Below are positions 13,330 to 27,015 of a DNA stretch of 64,000 bases, piece after piece. Location: assembly GCA_013265495.1 (NCBI GenBank), contig MU058824.1, positions 4,924,691-4,988,690 on the forward strand, in the 5' to 3' direction. The notes under the pieces were generated by a model. That model saw nothing but the letters and a program-made list of their open reading frames with translations. It searched no databases and was not told the origin of the DNA. The DNA is from Vicugna vicugna. Lineage: Eukaryota. The position numbers were made by a program, and so were the translations under genes. The stretch's first letter is position 1. The number at the start of each line of letters is the position of its first letter.

Positions 13330-14300
13330 TCTTATCCCTGTTTCCTGTGCTTACTTTCCCTGAGTTATGATACCATATCCTCTCATTGCATCTCTAGCCT
13401 TGGCTCCTAAAACTATCTCTAGTCCCAAATTCATATGATTAGACATTTCCGAACTAGATAACTATGTCTCAAAATGGCATTTCTTACCTTCCACGATTTT
13501 AAGCATACCTGCTCCTGCACCTTAGTGTTCTGTAACTTGTCCATAAAATCTAAGAGTTACCTTCTGTTCCTCTTCTTCCTGTAGACTCTATATATTCCAT
13601 CTGAGGGTCTCTTGAAGCTGTTACCTCCTTTCTAATCTCACTAATATCATCTCAGATTATACTTTCCTCCCCAATTCAATATACCCTGTTATTTGCTTCC
13701 AACTTTTATAAACTATCCACTGTTGCCCTGCAGCAGAACACTGATAATGTCTTCTTACTGATCAGCTCAAAAACCTTCAATGCTTCCCATGGGTTACTGA
13801 ATGAAGTTCAGATATATTATCAGCCACACATTCAAGATGCTCTAATTTGAATTCAAACTGTTCTTTTATTTTTCTCTTCCACTATTTACTTTTACTCAAA
13901 CTGGCCTATGTACTTTTCCCTCTATATGGCCCATGCTGTTCTGCACCTGTGCCACTGCTCACACTGTTCCTTCCAAGGGTAATGCTCTGCTCTTTACCAG
14001 CCAAAGTCCTTCAAAGGTTATTTTACAAAGGCCAACTCAAATCCCATGAACTTTCCAATGAAGTTTCTCTGGTCTCTTAATCCAGAAATAATCTTTCGCT
14101 CCCTCCAAACTCCTATACTACTTGGTTGATGCTATTCTCCTAAAACTATTTTTTATTCTCATTTTTCTTGTGTTATAATTATTTTTTTGAATTTTATCTC
14201 CCCTGTCAGGTTGGTAAGTTTGAAAATGTCTAATTAATTTATGTGTCTTCTAAAGCCCTAGCACAGGGCCTGGCTTCCAAGTAGATGACTGGCAAATAAA
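13330..14300. mobile_element. L2 LINE remnant
   Basis: Pyrimidine-rich; ctcaaaaaccttcaatg and 3' cctagcacagggcctggc motifs. Confidence 0.55.
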
Positions 14301-14416
14301 TTTTTAAAATTTTGAACTTGAAAAAAGAATGAAGACCAACAGTAGGTAAGTTCATTAAGAATATCAGACTAAGGAAAATCTTTCTGAAAAATACATGTTA
14401 CAAGATGTCACCTGCT

Positions 14417-14575
14417 GGGGGAGGGTATAGCTCAAGTGGTAGAGTACGTGCTTAGCATACACAAAGTTCTGGGTTCAATCCCCAGTACCTCCTATGGAAA
14501 TAAATAAACCTAATCACCTTCCTTCCCCACCAAAAAAAAAACCCCAAAAAAACTAAAAAAAAAGAAAACTAAAAA
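14417..14575 (+). mobile_element. tRNA-derived camelid SINE (Vic-1-like), full length
   Basis: A box tagctcaagtgg, B box ggttcaatccc, A-rich tail; 15-bp TSD aagatgtcacct(g/a)ct at 14402-14416 and 14576-14590. Confidence 0.9.
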
Positions 14576-17059
14576 AAGATGTCACCTACTGACAACTTCA
14601 TCAAGACAAATGCTATAAAGAACACAAACACTATCTGGTGATGTTTAAAATCAGTTCTGGGATCTGTACCTTCCTCAATTAAAACCAATCCAAAGACACA
14701 TTCCCTTTAGCTTCCCTACTTCATTAGATACAAACACGGCAGTCATAAAGCGGGGAGTGTCCGTGAATAACATAATCCAAAACCCTAAACTGTGAGGGAT
14801 TTCTCTGCTGGTGGTCTATATTCCACTACTCTACTTCACAGTAGAAGGCAGAACGTTTTTAATGCTACCAGGTCAACAAGCTGTGGGAGTTTAAGTCACT
14901 CCAGTATGAGGTTCCCTGTTCCCAGGGAACTCTGGCTTTGAAACTAAACTGGGAACATCCCTGGGTCACAGTGCCATCTAGAGTTGTCAAGAGGTTTTCT
15001 CACATCATACGGGGTTTCACTGGGTCTAAGGAGAGTCACAAAGGGATCAAGTTGAACTAAATTAAACTAAGCCCAAGTGAGAAGAATCACATTGCCTTCC
15101 CCTCCCACCAGGAATGTCCGGGCTGGGAGCCATCCTGGATCTTGCATGGCCTCTCAGGGTCACTATGATTACAGAATTTCGTAACTGGAAAAGCACTGGG
15201 AGACACCTGGTCCATTCTCCCACCCACAGCCGTCATTTCCTGTGTTTAGCAACCAGGAATACTTCCAGTGAAGATGAAATCATTCTTTTCTCAGGACAGC
15301 CTCTACATTTTCAGACAACTCAATTTATAAACTCTCTTATTCATTAAATTTCTCCTGACTCCTATAAGGCCTGGAGGTAAGCAAGCACCAACAACAGGGC
15401 CTGTCTAAGTTCTATCTTTATCTTTCCCCAGCTGGTGAGCACTGAGATGAATAAGAACAAGCACCCAGCTCTTGAGTGTGCTACTTTATGTATTACTCTA
15501 CTTCCATCATCACTTTCCATCATGTGGTAATACGGTCAACTGTACTAGGTGCTGGGCCCGGAGGTCCTGAGCCCTAAAATACGGCTGATTCACCTACTAT
15601 ATGAGCAGCAACCAATAAAGTGAATTATGAGCACCTCACTTGTTTCTCAGCACAGATCTAGGAAGTCTTAGCTTTGCTGCTTGTCCTAATACTCAACTAT
15701 AATCTTATCCAACCTCAAAGCCTTTTAGGGATTTCAGTTCTCTATTTTATCTCTCAGAGATTTCCAATAACCTTACTGACATTCACTCTACATACTTCAA
15801 GCCCAACAAATCCAAATCACATGCTAGCTTAATTGGTTGGGCCTCCCAGACAAATGCTGTCTGAAGCAAGAGTTCTGCTCATTGCAGTTCTGACAACAGA
15901 CTGAGCAGGTGGGCAAAATTATTTATTCTTACAGACTTCCTCAGTGAGTCCAATCTAACAGAAGATCCTGACACTCCCTGAATTTCAGTAACTACTGATG
16001 GACTTCCTCTGACTTATGCTTAGTGGTCAGCTATGTGGCTGACCTCAAGAAGTTTGTGGTGCTTGATAGGGAAGCTATAGGACCCAAAATGGTGTATATA
16101 TAGTAGAATCTGGGAACAAGATTTTAAATTCACCCACACTCTTGAAAGAAAGTTAACAAGACTTCAACATTAATGAATGCTTAACCATCTATGGAAATAT
16201 TCCCTGAAGTAATCTGCTTAGGAGATGACTTACAAATGTGCTGATAAGATTAAAGTACAGCCTAAATAAATCTCAGCATGGGGCTTAGGGTTCCTTGCCA
16301 GAAAGGGAGGCATGAAGTTAAAATAGGACTAATCTAAGAGAAGCTCTACTCATTAAAACTAACATGTTGGTCATGACAGAGTGAAGGAAAGTCAGTTTTT
16401 AGAGCAGAAAATACTGAAACATTTATCACTGTTTAAACCACTGCCTGGGGAAAAGTTTCTGATTATAATGCCTATCAGAGTTACTTGGAAAGAAATATCA
16501 CTAGAAGACAACAGTTTATCAGACTATCAGAATACCATATCTTAATGCAAATACCACACAAAAACATCTAGTTCTCTTTGTTCTAATTCTGGGATCTCTA
16601 ATTTGGCCTCCTGGGTAGAGCTGACCACTAGAAGGCAATGCCCTGGACATTATTAGATTTTCCATGGTAAAACTTCTAAAGTAGCTGTTTTGTTGATAAA
16701 TTATTATTTCCAGAAAGAAAAGAGTGCACTGATCCCTTGGGACCTGGTCACTCCTAGGACAAACTGTAAATTGAATTTCTAAATTTGTATACCTCGGATT
16801 GGTAAGGACCACATCAGGATACAGATTTGAGAGGCTCCTCTTTAGCAGTCTGCTGTCTCAGCCTCACTCCCACACTGCTTCACAACAATGTGGTATTTTG
16901 TAAAACTTAATGACTGTAGACTCATGAACTCTAAGATTTTCTTAACTCAACCCTGTTAAGACTACTTTGAGTCTCAGTCTTCTCATATGTACATAAGCAG
17001 GTTGGACAAGATAATTTCTACTGCCCCTTCCAGTCTTAGAATTATTCCATGACTCTAAA

Positions 17060-17430
17060 AAATTATTAGAAATAAAAAGATTTCAGTAAGATGCCTAGTT
17101 ACAAAATAAATTTACAACTAAAAAGCCTTTATAGATACTTACAATAAAAAGAAAAAAAATGGGAAAAGTATCATTTAAATAGCAACAAATTTTCAAACAA
17201 TGAGGCATACATCTAACAATAAATATGTAGATCTATATGGTAAGTCACTAAATTTTACTGAGGGCCACAGAAGACCTGAACAGAGAAATATCATGTTTCT
17301 GAATAGTGAGAGGCAACATTGCAAAGGTATAAACTATCCCCCAGATTAATCCAAAAATTAAATATAATCAAAACCAATGGAAAAAAATTTTTAACTTGAA
17401 TAAGTAATTTAAAAATGTATCTGTAAAGAG
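17060..17430 (+). mobile_element. Degenerate L1 ORF2 fragment
   Basis: A-rich; resembles the L1 post-RT region (tcagtaagatgcctagttacaaaataaat...gaagacctgaa). Confidence 0.55.
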
Positions 17431-20404
17431 AGCACTCATTCACTATCTTTTCCAGTTGGAGTTTCCTAGAGGAGATAGAATTTCATGAGTTCTTTGAATA
17501 AAAGGAAGCATTTGTGTACTTTTTGAAGGCAAAGAAACAATTTACATTGCTTTAATATATCATCAAGCCTAGCATACACATGTAGTACTGTAAACCTGGC
17601 ATTGTCAGATTTAATTATTTGTGTAAAGTCAGCTTTCATGGGCACACTATAGAGTGATTTTGCTGAAGCATAAATCTGAACTGGGTGCTCTGTGAAACAG
17701 TTAGTGTGCAGTAGAAACTAAGACGGTGGGTGCACCTAGCTGATTGCCTAGAATTTGTACCTCAAAGACGTTTTTCTTTCTTTTTTTTTTTTTTGTCTAC
17801 TTGCTATCTCATACATAGTAATTTTCATTTTAGACCCATAGGTTCTTTATCTATTCAATTATATTTTATTTTAAATTATTTTATTTTTAATTAATTATAT
17901 TTTATTCCATGAGAAGAATTATATACTACAAGGACATTCACAAATTTAGTGACAGCTGACAGTCACAGTCTTACTCATTAATGGAGTCTCCCCACCACAC
18001 ACACATACAATGGTTGGTTGTAAGGCTCTGAAGAAGCACAGGAAGAGCATGACAAGGTCAAAGTGGGAACAGAAGTGGCTAGGGATGAATGGTCAAGGAT
18101 CAAAAAGAAAATACAGATTGGGGGAGATGAAAGGAGAGTGAACAAGCATGCTGAAGTTTAAATGAAGTGAATAAGGTTATAAAGAGGTTCTTAAATTCAT
18201 TAAACAAACATGTCAAGTATTACACTAGGGCTAGGGAATGCAGAAAAGGATCAGACACCATCCCTATCACTGCCTTAAAGAAATTAACTGTCCATTAGGG
18301 GAGACAGAAGGAAAAAACTGCTATCCAGTGTGGTGGGTAGTACAACTAAGGCAAGGACAGGGTGTCGTAGAGGCGCAAAAGCTGAGCATTTAAGCCAGAT
18401 TACAGGGATCTGGTAACGCTTCTTGGAGCAGATCCTGAGCTGAGTCTTCAAACACAAAGATAAGTTAGTTAGCTTAGTGAACATGGGAGACAGGGTTTTC
18501 TGGGCAGGAGAGAGGAACAACTTATGAAAGGGCATGCAGTAGAGTACATTATTGCAGAATACCACTGAATACTTTAAAAGGTAAGTTAACATAATCAGAC
18601 TTGTGATTCAGAAAAATACAGCATCAGTGTGGAGTCTAGCTTGAATGATGTTCAGGAAATGAGCTAAGATGTTGCTATTCATAATCCAGAGGAAAAATAT
18701 TGAATAGATGAGTTAAGGCACTGGCAATGGGGACTGGGAGAAGAGGTTACACTTGACAGTTACATAGAGCTAAAAATCAACACAGTGGAACTTATCCTGG
18801 TGAATTTACTAAACTTACCAGAGTTCAGTTTTTAGACTCAGAAACTTCGCTTTGGCTGCTCATTGAGACTGAACACATAATTCAAATTAACTTTAATAAG
18901 GTTTTAGAGGCTGATGTAAAACCAGAATGGGAGATGATTATTTGCAACAAAATAATAACTGTCATGGTGACTATTTGCTTTGGCACATCCAGACATTTTC
19001 CCCTTGTGAAAAGATATACATGAAGAACCAGTCATAATCAGAGGGATGCTTGATCTACATGTAATTAGAGGCAAGGAATAAATCGTGTGTTTTAAATGTT
19101 TAATAGCATCAGGCCACAATGCAGAGATAGGAATGATTGAGTTTGTGGGCTACAATCTCCCCCTTGGACAGTACTTGGATAGGCACAACGTACATCAAAT
19201 CATCATGTTGTACACCTTAAACTTACACAGTGTTAAATGTCAGTTATATCTCAATAAGCGAGGGACAAAAAAAAAAGAGCCATTCATGTACATGTTATAG
19301 TGAAATACAGAAATGAGTAAGACTGTGAGGGGAGAGAATTAGATATAACAGTATAAAAAGATACAATGCAAAAATGGTACATGTGTTAAGGGGACTTGGG
19401 GGATGGTTTGTTTACTAAACAAAGTGTCAAAATGGTTCTGAGAAGGGAGAGTTATTCTAGGTAGAGAAGTCAAGAAGAGCTTAATGGGAAAAGTGGCATT
19501 TGAGCTGTGTCTTACAGTAGCAGTGAAAGTCTCAGTAAAAAATAGATTCAAATCATTTTTTCCCTGATGCTCAAATAACCTTTTCAATCAAAGATGTCAT
19601 ATTAATTAAAGATTTGCCATTACTTACTAATAACTGTATCTAGTTATGAAAAACGTTATAGATGTAATTTGATACCTATTTTTAAAAATGGTAAGACACA
19701 AAAGGAAAAGCTAAGCAGAAAAATAAATAAGGTGTCAAAGCTTAGTAATTGTGCATAGACCTCTGTGGCCCCAGGGTTTTATCGTTACTCAACATTTCCT
19801 TGTTTGGATCTTTCAGAGGCAAAGCAGTTTTCTTAGTAGTTGACTCTCTCAAAGGGATGACCAAGAAAAAAAAAAAAAAAAAAGAAACCAAAATTTCCTT
19901 AAAAGGTATATTTGGTTTTACCAACCCATGGATTTTAGAATTTTGTAATCATACAATTCATTAAACTTCATTTTATTGCTTTGAACCTTCTGGATCTTAT
20001 ATTTTAGTAGGAAAAGATTTAGTTCACTATAGCAGTAACTAAGGGAGTAAAATCCCTTAACTGTTTTACTTTTCTCCCTGATCTGTTCCATCTCTCTTCA
20101 CTTCACACTCTCACAAACCCTCTTCATTCTTTATACAGAACATTAAGTAATGCTCTTTGCATCTCATCATCTGAACTGGATCAATCAGCACTTTTTTTTT
20201 TTTTACTCCTTTATGTCTCTGAACCATGAATAAACCCCAGATCACAAACCTTTTGATGACTTTGTTTCTCCTTATCACAAAAACTATAAGAAGAAATAAC
20301 AGAGAATCTTATCATTTGCATTTGTTTAGGTTTCATAGTTTATAAATCATCTCACTAAATCTGAGCTATAAGGAAAGATAATTACCCATTTACAGTTGAG
20401 AAAA

Positions 20405-22205
20405 GATACATTAACAAACTGAAGAATAAAAACTATTTAATCATCTCAATCGATACAAAAAAGCTTTTGACAAAATTTAACATCCATTTGTGATTAAAAA
20501 CTCTTCAGAAAGTGGGGATAGAGGGAACACAGCTGAACATAATAAAAGCCATATATGACAAACTCACAGCTAACATCATACTTGATGGTGAAAAACTGAA
20601 AGAATTTCCTCTAAGATCAGGAACAAGACAAGGATGCCCTCTCTTGTCACTTCTATTCAACATAGTTTTAGAAGTCCTAGTCACAGCAGTCAGAGAAGAA
20701 ATAAAAGGAATCCAAATTGGAAAGAAAGTAGTAAGAATGTCACTGTTTGTTGATGATGTGATGCTATACATAGAAAATCCTAAAGAAGCTACCAGAAAAC
20801 TACTAGAGCTCATCAATGAATTCGCTCAAGTTGCAGGATACAAAATTAATACACAGAAATCTGTTGCATCTCTATACACTAACAATGAAGTATCAGAAAG
20901 AGAAATTAAGGAAGTAATCTTATTTACTTAAAATGGATTAAAGACCTAAATGTAAGACTGGATTCTATAAAACTCTTAGAGGAAAACATAGGCAGAACAT
21001 CCTTTGACATAAATTGCAGCATATTTTTTTGGATCTGTCTCCTAGAGTAATGGAAATAAAAACAAAAGTAAACAAATGGGACCTAATTAAACTTAAAAGC
21101 TTTTGCACAGCAAAGGAAACCACAAACAAAATGAAAAGACAACCTACAGAATGGGAGAAAGTATTTGCAAATGAGGCTGACAAGGGATTAATTTCCAAAA
21201 TACACAAGCAGCTCACACAGCTCAAAAGCAAAGAAACAAACAACACAATAAAAAAACGGGCATAAGACCTAAATAGACATTTTTCCAAAAGACATACAGA
21301 TGGCCAACAGACACATGAAAAGATGCTACACATCACTAATTATTTGAGAAATGCCAATCAAAACTACAATGAGGTATCACATCACACCAGTCAGGATGAC
21401 CATCATCCAAAGTCTACAAATAATAAATGCTGGAGAGAGTCTGGAGTAAAAGGAAACCTCCTACGCTGTTGATGGGAATCCAGATTGGTGCAGCCACTAT
21501 GGAAGACAGTGTAGACGTTCCTTAAAAAACTAAAAATAGAGTTACTGTATGATCCAGCAATCCCACTCCTGGGCGTATATCCAGAGAAAACTCTAATTTG
21601 AAGATACATGCACCCCACTGTTCATAACAGCACTTTTTACAGTAGCCAGGACATGGAAGCAACCTAAATATTCATCAATAGATGAATGGATAAAGAAAAT
21701 GTGGTGTACACACACACACACACACAATAGAATACTACTCTACTATAAAAAGGAATGAAATAATGCCATTGGCAGCAACATAGGTGGACCTGGAGACTAT
21801 CATACTAAATAAGTGAAGTCAGTCAGTCAGAGAGAAACAAATATATGACATCACTTATATGTGGATTCTAAAAAAATGACACAAACAAATTTATTTACAA
21901 AACAGAAAGAGACTCACAGAAAACAAACTTATGGTTACTGGGTGGGAAGGGGGAGGGAGGGATAAAATGGGAGTTTGTGATTGGCAGATACAAACTATTA
22001 TGTACAGAATAAACAACAAGGTCCTACTGTATAGCACAGGGAACTATATATGGCTTACAGTAACTTGTAATGAAAAAGAATATGTGTGTATGTGTGTATA
22101 TATATGTACGTATGTATGAATCACTGGGCTATACACCAGAAAGTAATACAACATTGCAAATCAACTATACATCAATAAAAAAATGGGAAGAAAGAAAAAG
22201 AAAAA
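20405..22205 (+). mobile_element. 5'-truncated LINE-1 (ORF2 RT/C-terminal fragments, 3'UTR, A tail), internally deleted, inactive
   Basis: ORF 20512-20931 has [20 protein letters not shown] and LFVDD (degenerate FADD); 21014-21265 has [15 protein letters not shown]; cetartiodactyl-type 3'UTR. Confidence 0.93.
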
Positions 22206-22934
22206 AGTGAGCAGGAGTATGAGGGTGACAGAAGGTGGTAGGGTGATCAAGGTAGGGCTTATAGAAAAGGTGAGACTGAGCAAAAACGTGGAGAAGGAAG
22301 TTGGCCAAGGGGCTATCTGGAGGAAGAGTGTTTCAATCAGAAGGAATAATGACAACACAGACTCTTTAATGAACAGCAAGAAGGCAGAGTAGCTGGAGCA
22401 GCAAGATGAGGGGTAGAGCGGCAGCAGAGAGGTCAGGAAGGGTGGTGGCAGACCATGTAGAGTCTAAAAGGCCCTTGTAAGTAAGGGCCTTGGCTTGAGT
22501 GAAAACGAGAGCCACCGTAATCTATCCAGGAACATGCCTATGTTTTGCCATTTATCCAGGCCATCTTTTTGTCCATCAATAGTGTTAAAGGTTTCTTCAC
22601 ACATATTTTGTGCATTTCTTTGTCATGTTTATTCTTAGTCAAGATTTTGTTCCTAATGTGAATGGAATCTTTCTTCTATTATATTTTCTAATGGGTAATT
22701 GCCATTAATTAGGACAACCACTGATTTTTGTATGTTGATTAAGTATCTAGAGTTCCCTTTTCATGAGAAGGTTCTAAACTTCATCCCCAGCTTGGGTAGT
22801 TTTTGGTATCTGAATCTGCCCTATACCCTTATCAGCTCCCTCCCCATACATTGGTGTTTCTTAAGACACTTGTAAAATGTACCATAGTCTCAGAGTATCT
22901 TTCTAGGTTTTCTGTCCAAAATTTGCTCCAATAT

Positions 22935-23690
22935 ACTCATTAGGAGGCTAGTATTCTTCAAAAACCAAAAAAGAAAATAACAACTATTGGCAAAGATGTG
23001 GAGAAATTAGAATCCTTGTGCACTATTGGTGGGAATGCAAAACAGTGCAACTTCTACAGAAAACAGTATGGTGATTCCTCAAAAAATTAAAAATAGAATT
23101 ACCATACAATCCAGAAACATGACTTCTGATTATGTACCCAAAAGAACTGAAAGCAGGGACCTAAAGAGATATTTGTATACCCATGTTCATGGCAGCATTA
23201 TTCACAATAGCCAAGGAGAAGAATCAACCCAAATGTCCCATCGACAAATGGCCAAACAAAATGTGGTATATACATATATATATATATATATACACACACA
23301 CAATGAGATATTATTCAGCCTCAAAAAAGAAGGAAATTGACATGCTACAATTTAGATGAACCTTAGGAACGTTATGTTAAGTGAAACAAGCCAGTCATAG
23401 AAAGAAACAGTGTATGATTCCACTTATATGAAGCACCTAGAGTTGTCAGATTCATAGAGACAGAAAGAAGAATGGTGGTTGCCATTGCAGGGGCTGGGGT
23501 TGGGGGGACAGGGGAATTATTGTTTAATGGGTACAGAGTTTCAGTTTCAAAGTTGAAAAGAGTTCTCAAACTGGTTGGTGGTGATGGTTGCCTAACAATA
23601 TGAATATACTTAATGCCAATGAACTGAACTGTACACTTAAAAAGTAATGTTGTATGTATTTTACAATTAAAGAAATTTTTAAAAATTCTG
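22935..23690 (+). mobile_element. L1 (L1MB-like) ORF2 end and 3'UTR
   Basis: ggcaaagatgtggagaaattagaatcc...ctgaactgtacacttaaaa. Confidence 0.85.
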
Positions 23691-23867
23691 TTGTCTGTTT
23701 CCTGTTGCCAGTCTTTTAATTCTGTGAGGCCCAGTTTGGTCCTCTGCCTAGTGCTTTGAGCTCAGCTTTCCTGACTAAACTTTGTTTGGGCCTGGAACTC
23801 CTTAAGCCCCACCAACATTTACCCAGATTAAGGTTCCCTTTTTCTTGGAGCTCTCTTGTCAGTCCAC

Positions 23868-23886
23868 TTATATATATATATATAAA

Positions 23887-23916
<30 letters not shown>
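23868..23916. repeat. Compound (TA)n(CA)n microsatellite
   Basis: Read directly. Confidence 0.85.
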
Positions 23917-23919
<3 letters not shown>

Positions 23920-25849
23920 CCTGCTCCTGAGACCCCCAGTTTGGGCCAATGCTCACTTCTGAAGAAAGATCTGAGAAGTAAAGCACACAATTCTAGAAAA
24001 CAGACTGTCTGAACTTAAGGCTGTTAAATATATATCAAAAGCTTGAGAAACAGTATTTATGGAGAATTGTCTGAAGGATATACAGCTTACCCACTTCTTG
24101 GGATCAGTTTTTTGTTTGCTTGTTTTTTGTTTTCTAAGCCAAATTTCAACAGATGAACTCTAGAAACTTTGTGAACCTTCTAAAATTGTCCATAGACAAC
24201 CTGTGCATTTTTTCTGGGGAGAGGTCCTGAACTTTTAAAAGATTCTTAATATGTTTTGTTATTGAAAAAGAGTTAAGAACCTTTCTCTGTGTACTCTAAA
24301 ATTTGTTCTTCCTTAAATTGGATTATAAACAAAGCCAAGAAGGGTGAAATTCCCTATGGAAGAATTAGAGTCAAATCAAATACTGGTACTAAAGGTCCTT
24401 CCTTCATAAATTCAAGCATGGGATTTGGATAGCCACCAATGCATACACTTATGGCAATATTTGGATAAATATATATAACATCTTGCATGTACATGGAGTA
24501 TACATAAGCTTAAAAAAAGCAACTTCAAAAGGTTTCATGGAAATTTTTAACAACTCACTCTTCTCAATCTTGGGATAATTCTTTTATGTAACCCTCATAT
24601 GCCTTTATTTAGCTAAAATCCATCCTCCATCTTCAAAGCTCAGCTTTTAAAATTAAAACAACAAATGTAGTCCAAGAGGAACTGATTTTGTTTTACTAAA
24701 CCAAAAACAACTTCCTTTCCTCCTCAAACATATACACACTCTTTGGAAGCCCCATAGCTCTTTTATTGTTTTTCAAATTCTTTAAAAGCATAGTTCACAA
24801 AAAAACTATGACAGAAGGTTTTCCCTCTGTTGGAGAGAACCCTCCCATACAACAATCAACAGTCAGTTGGTTGGAATTACATGGAGAGTCTAGTCAGACC
24901 TTGGTAGAAAGCCCAAACTTTCTCCAAAATAACCACAGCAGAAACTGATATTGATATGACAAACTGTCACAGTAAAGATGCAAAATATACAGTCTGGGAT
25001 TGAAGACTTCATTATTAAACTAGATCTCTATAGGAAGAGAAATAAGTTCAATAAGACCCTTTTGATCATCTTATTTAACCACACATGGAAAAAGGAAGGA
25101 GGCTATCAGGAGGAGTATTCAAATCATGATTCATCTTATTATAATGTCAATAATCCCAATTAATTCAATCAGCCCAGTCAAAGTGTTTGTTGGACTATTC
25201 CTATGTCCCCTTTAAAATTCACAGATGAAAAATACTCTCTCACCGTTAGCTTTTGCTAAAGACACTTTGACTATAGTTGTTATCATAGCAGACCTTTGGC
25301 TTTCTGTCTTAAATACCTTCAAAATTGAAGGACTCACCTGTCTGCTTCAAGTCTTTAGGTAGAACATTCCTCTCATTACCTTCTAAAAAGAAAACTGAAA
25401 CACTGTTCTCAAATGTGAATTAATAAATGGTTATAACCAAAGACTTTCTATAGTAATTTCAAGTTCAACTTTACAATTTTTTTCCTCCCACCTTTGCAGC
25501 AAAAATACTCTCAAGCCAGGTCAGAGGGAAGTCAAGTCTGAGTCCCGCACTAAGAAGTTTCTTGGAAATGCAAAATTGTAAGAAGTTTCTTGGTAGGCTT
25601 CAGTTCAATCCTGAGTGCTCAAGAGAGCACAAGCGGTCATTTTCCTGGCTTTGTGCATAGAATATGGTACAGTGTAGTACTAAACAAATACATTGTTGAT
25701 TGTTGAACTTTGGGTATCTCAGCAGATATGAGCTGAGCACTTACCTGAAATTAAAGGTTTTATGTATTTCATCTCAGAGAAACACCACCTAAGAATAAAA
25801 CAAAAACTCCCTGTCAGTTAGCCCATCAGGCCCTGATGATATAACACCT

Positions 25850-26130
25850 ACACTTTATAAAAATGTGCTGTGTGCCGGACACTTTACTACAAACTTTATA
25901 ATCTCATTAATTTTAATTTTCATTAAATTAAATTTATCTAATTTTCATTAAAATCTGGGCTTAAAATGATGGTATTATTCTTTTTTACAGACGAAAAATC
26001 TGAGGCTTAAGAAGGTTAAGTGAATTGTTCAGGGTCATACAACCAGAGAGTGGTGGAGTCACAGTGATAAGAGATTTGAATCCCTGCTTGCCTGACTCCT
26101 CTGGACCATGATTCTTAATACCATCTCTCT
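25850..26130. mobile_element. MIR SINE
   Basis: tttacagacgaaaaatctgaggcttaagaaggttaagtgaattg. Confidence 0.7.
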
Positions 26131-26359
26131 CCTAGACTTGGCCACAGATGAAGATATGATAGTCAAGTGGGTATCTATGACAGTAACTGAGAACTGTGGT
26201 CAAATACCATGGTTCAGAAGGAGTATAATTTAAAGATTTAAATGTCCAGATGCTCCTCTTTGGTAGATCTGGCACTGAGCTCAGAATGAAATCCACTCTT
26301 CTACTGTGTCCCCACATTTCAGCATCCCTTACTTCTTCACTTTTGACCCAGAATTTCTT

Positions 26360-27015
26360 AAAGCAATCTTTACCCAAAGTATGGTCCATGAATCAATTGT
26401 TTCAAAGACATGAAAAGTACTTGTGGAAACTACAGACACTTGCCCCCCACCCTGGATGTAATGGATCAGACTCTCTGGGAGGCGTGGCAACAAGATACCC
26501 AGGAGGTTCCTTTGCCAATTGAATTTTAGACTACTCATAGCTTTAGAGCAAAAGAGCTAGAGTAATCAAAAAGTAAATGCAAAGGTAACTTTCAAGTCAG
26601 ACAGGTGTTAAGAACAGAGATCTTGTGAGAAGACATAGGGTAATAACATTGTTTTGGAACTGGAAACAATCTTGGAAATTATCTATTTTCAATGTTTTTC
26701 TATCAGTGTTCTATGAAGACTTAGGAGTTCTAAAATGGGATATAAGAAAAAGAAACTGGCAGTCAGAACCTAAAGTCTTAAAAAAGCAACTACAGAAGCC
26801 CCACTGGTATGTATTTTGTATCAGAAAAAAAAATGGTTTTTTTTTTAATTTAAAATAACAAAACCTTGGCTACACAAAGGGAGTTCTGAAAAAGTCTCGA
26901 GGCCCAATGTGGAGCCCAGACATATTGAATCAAATTTATGTGAGTTGGTTCTAGGCCTCAGCATTTTTTGGTAACAGGTGATTCCAATGTATAGCCAAAG
27001 CCAGGAACCACTGCA
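26360..27015. mobile_element. Two MER5-like DNA transposon fragments (~26360-26540, ~26900-27015)
   Basis: cccaaagtatggtcc... and ggtgattccaatgtatagccaaagccaggaaccactg. Confidence 0.55.

Noticed and set aside
14417..14492. tRNA gene
   Set aside because: A and B boxes are present, but the A-rich tail, TSD and multiple diverged copies show it is a SINE
20512..20931. Functional reverse transcriptase gene
   Set aside because: 5'-truncated, internally deleted L1 with a degenerate FVDD motif
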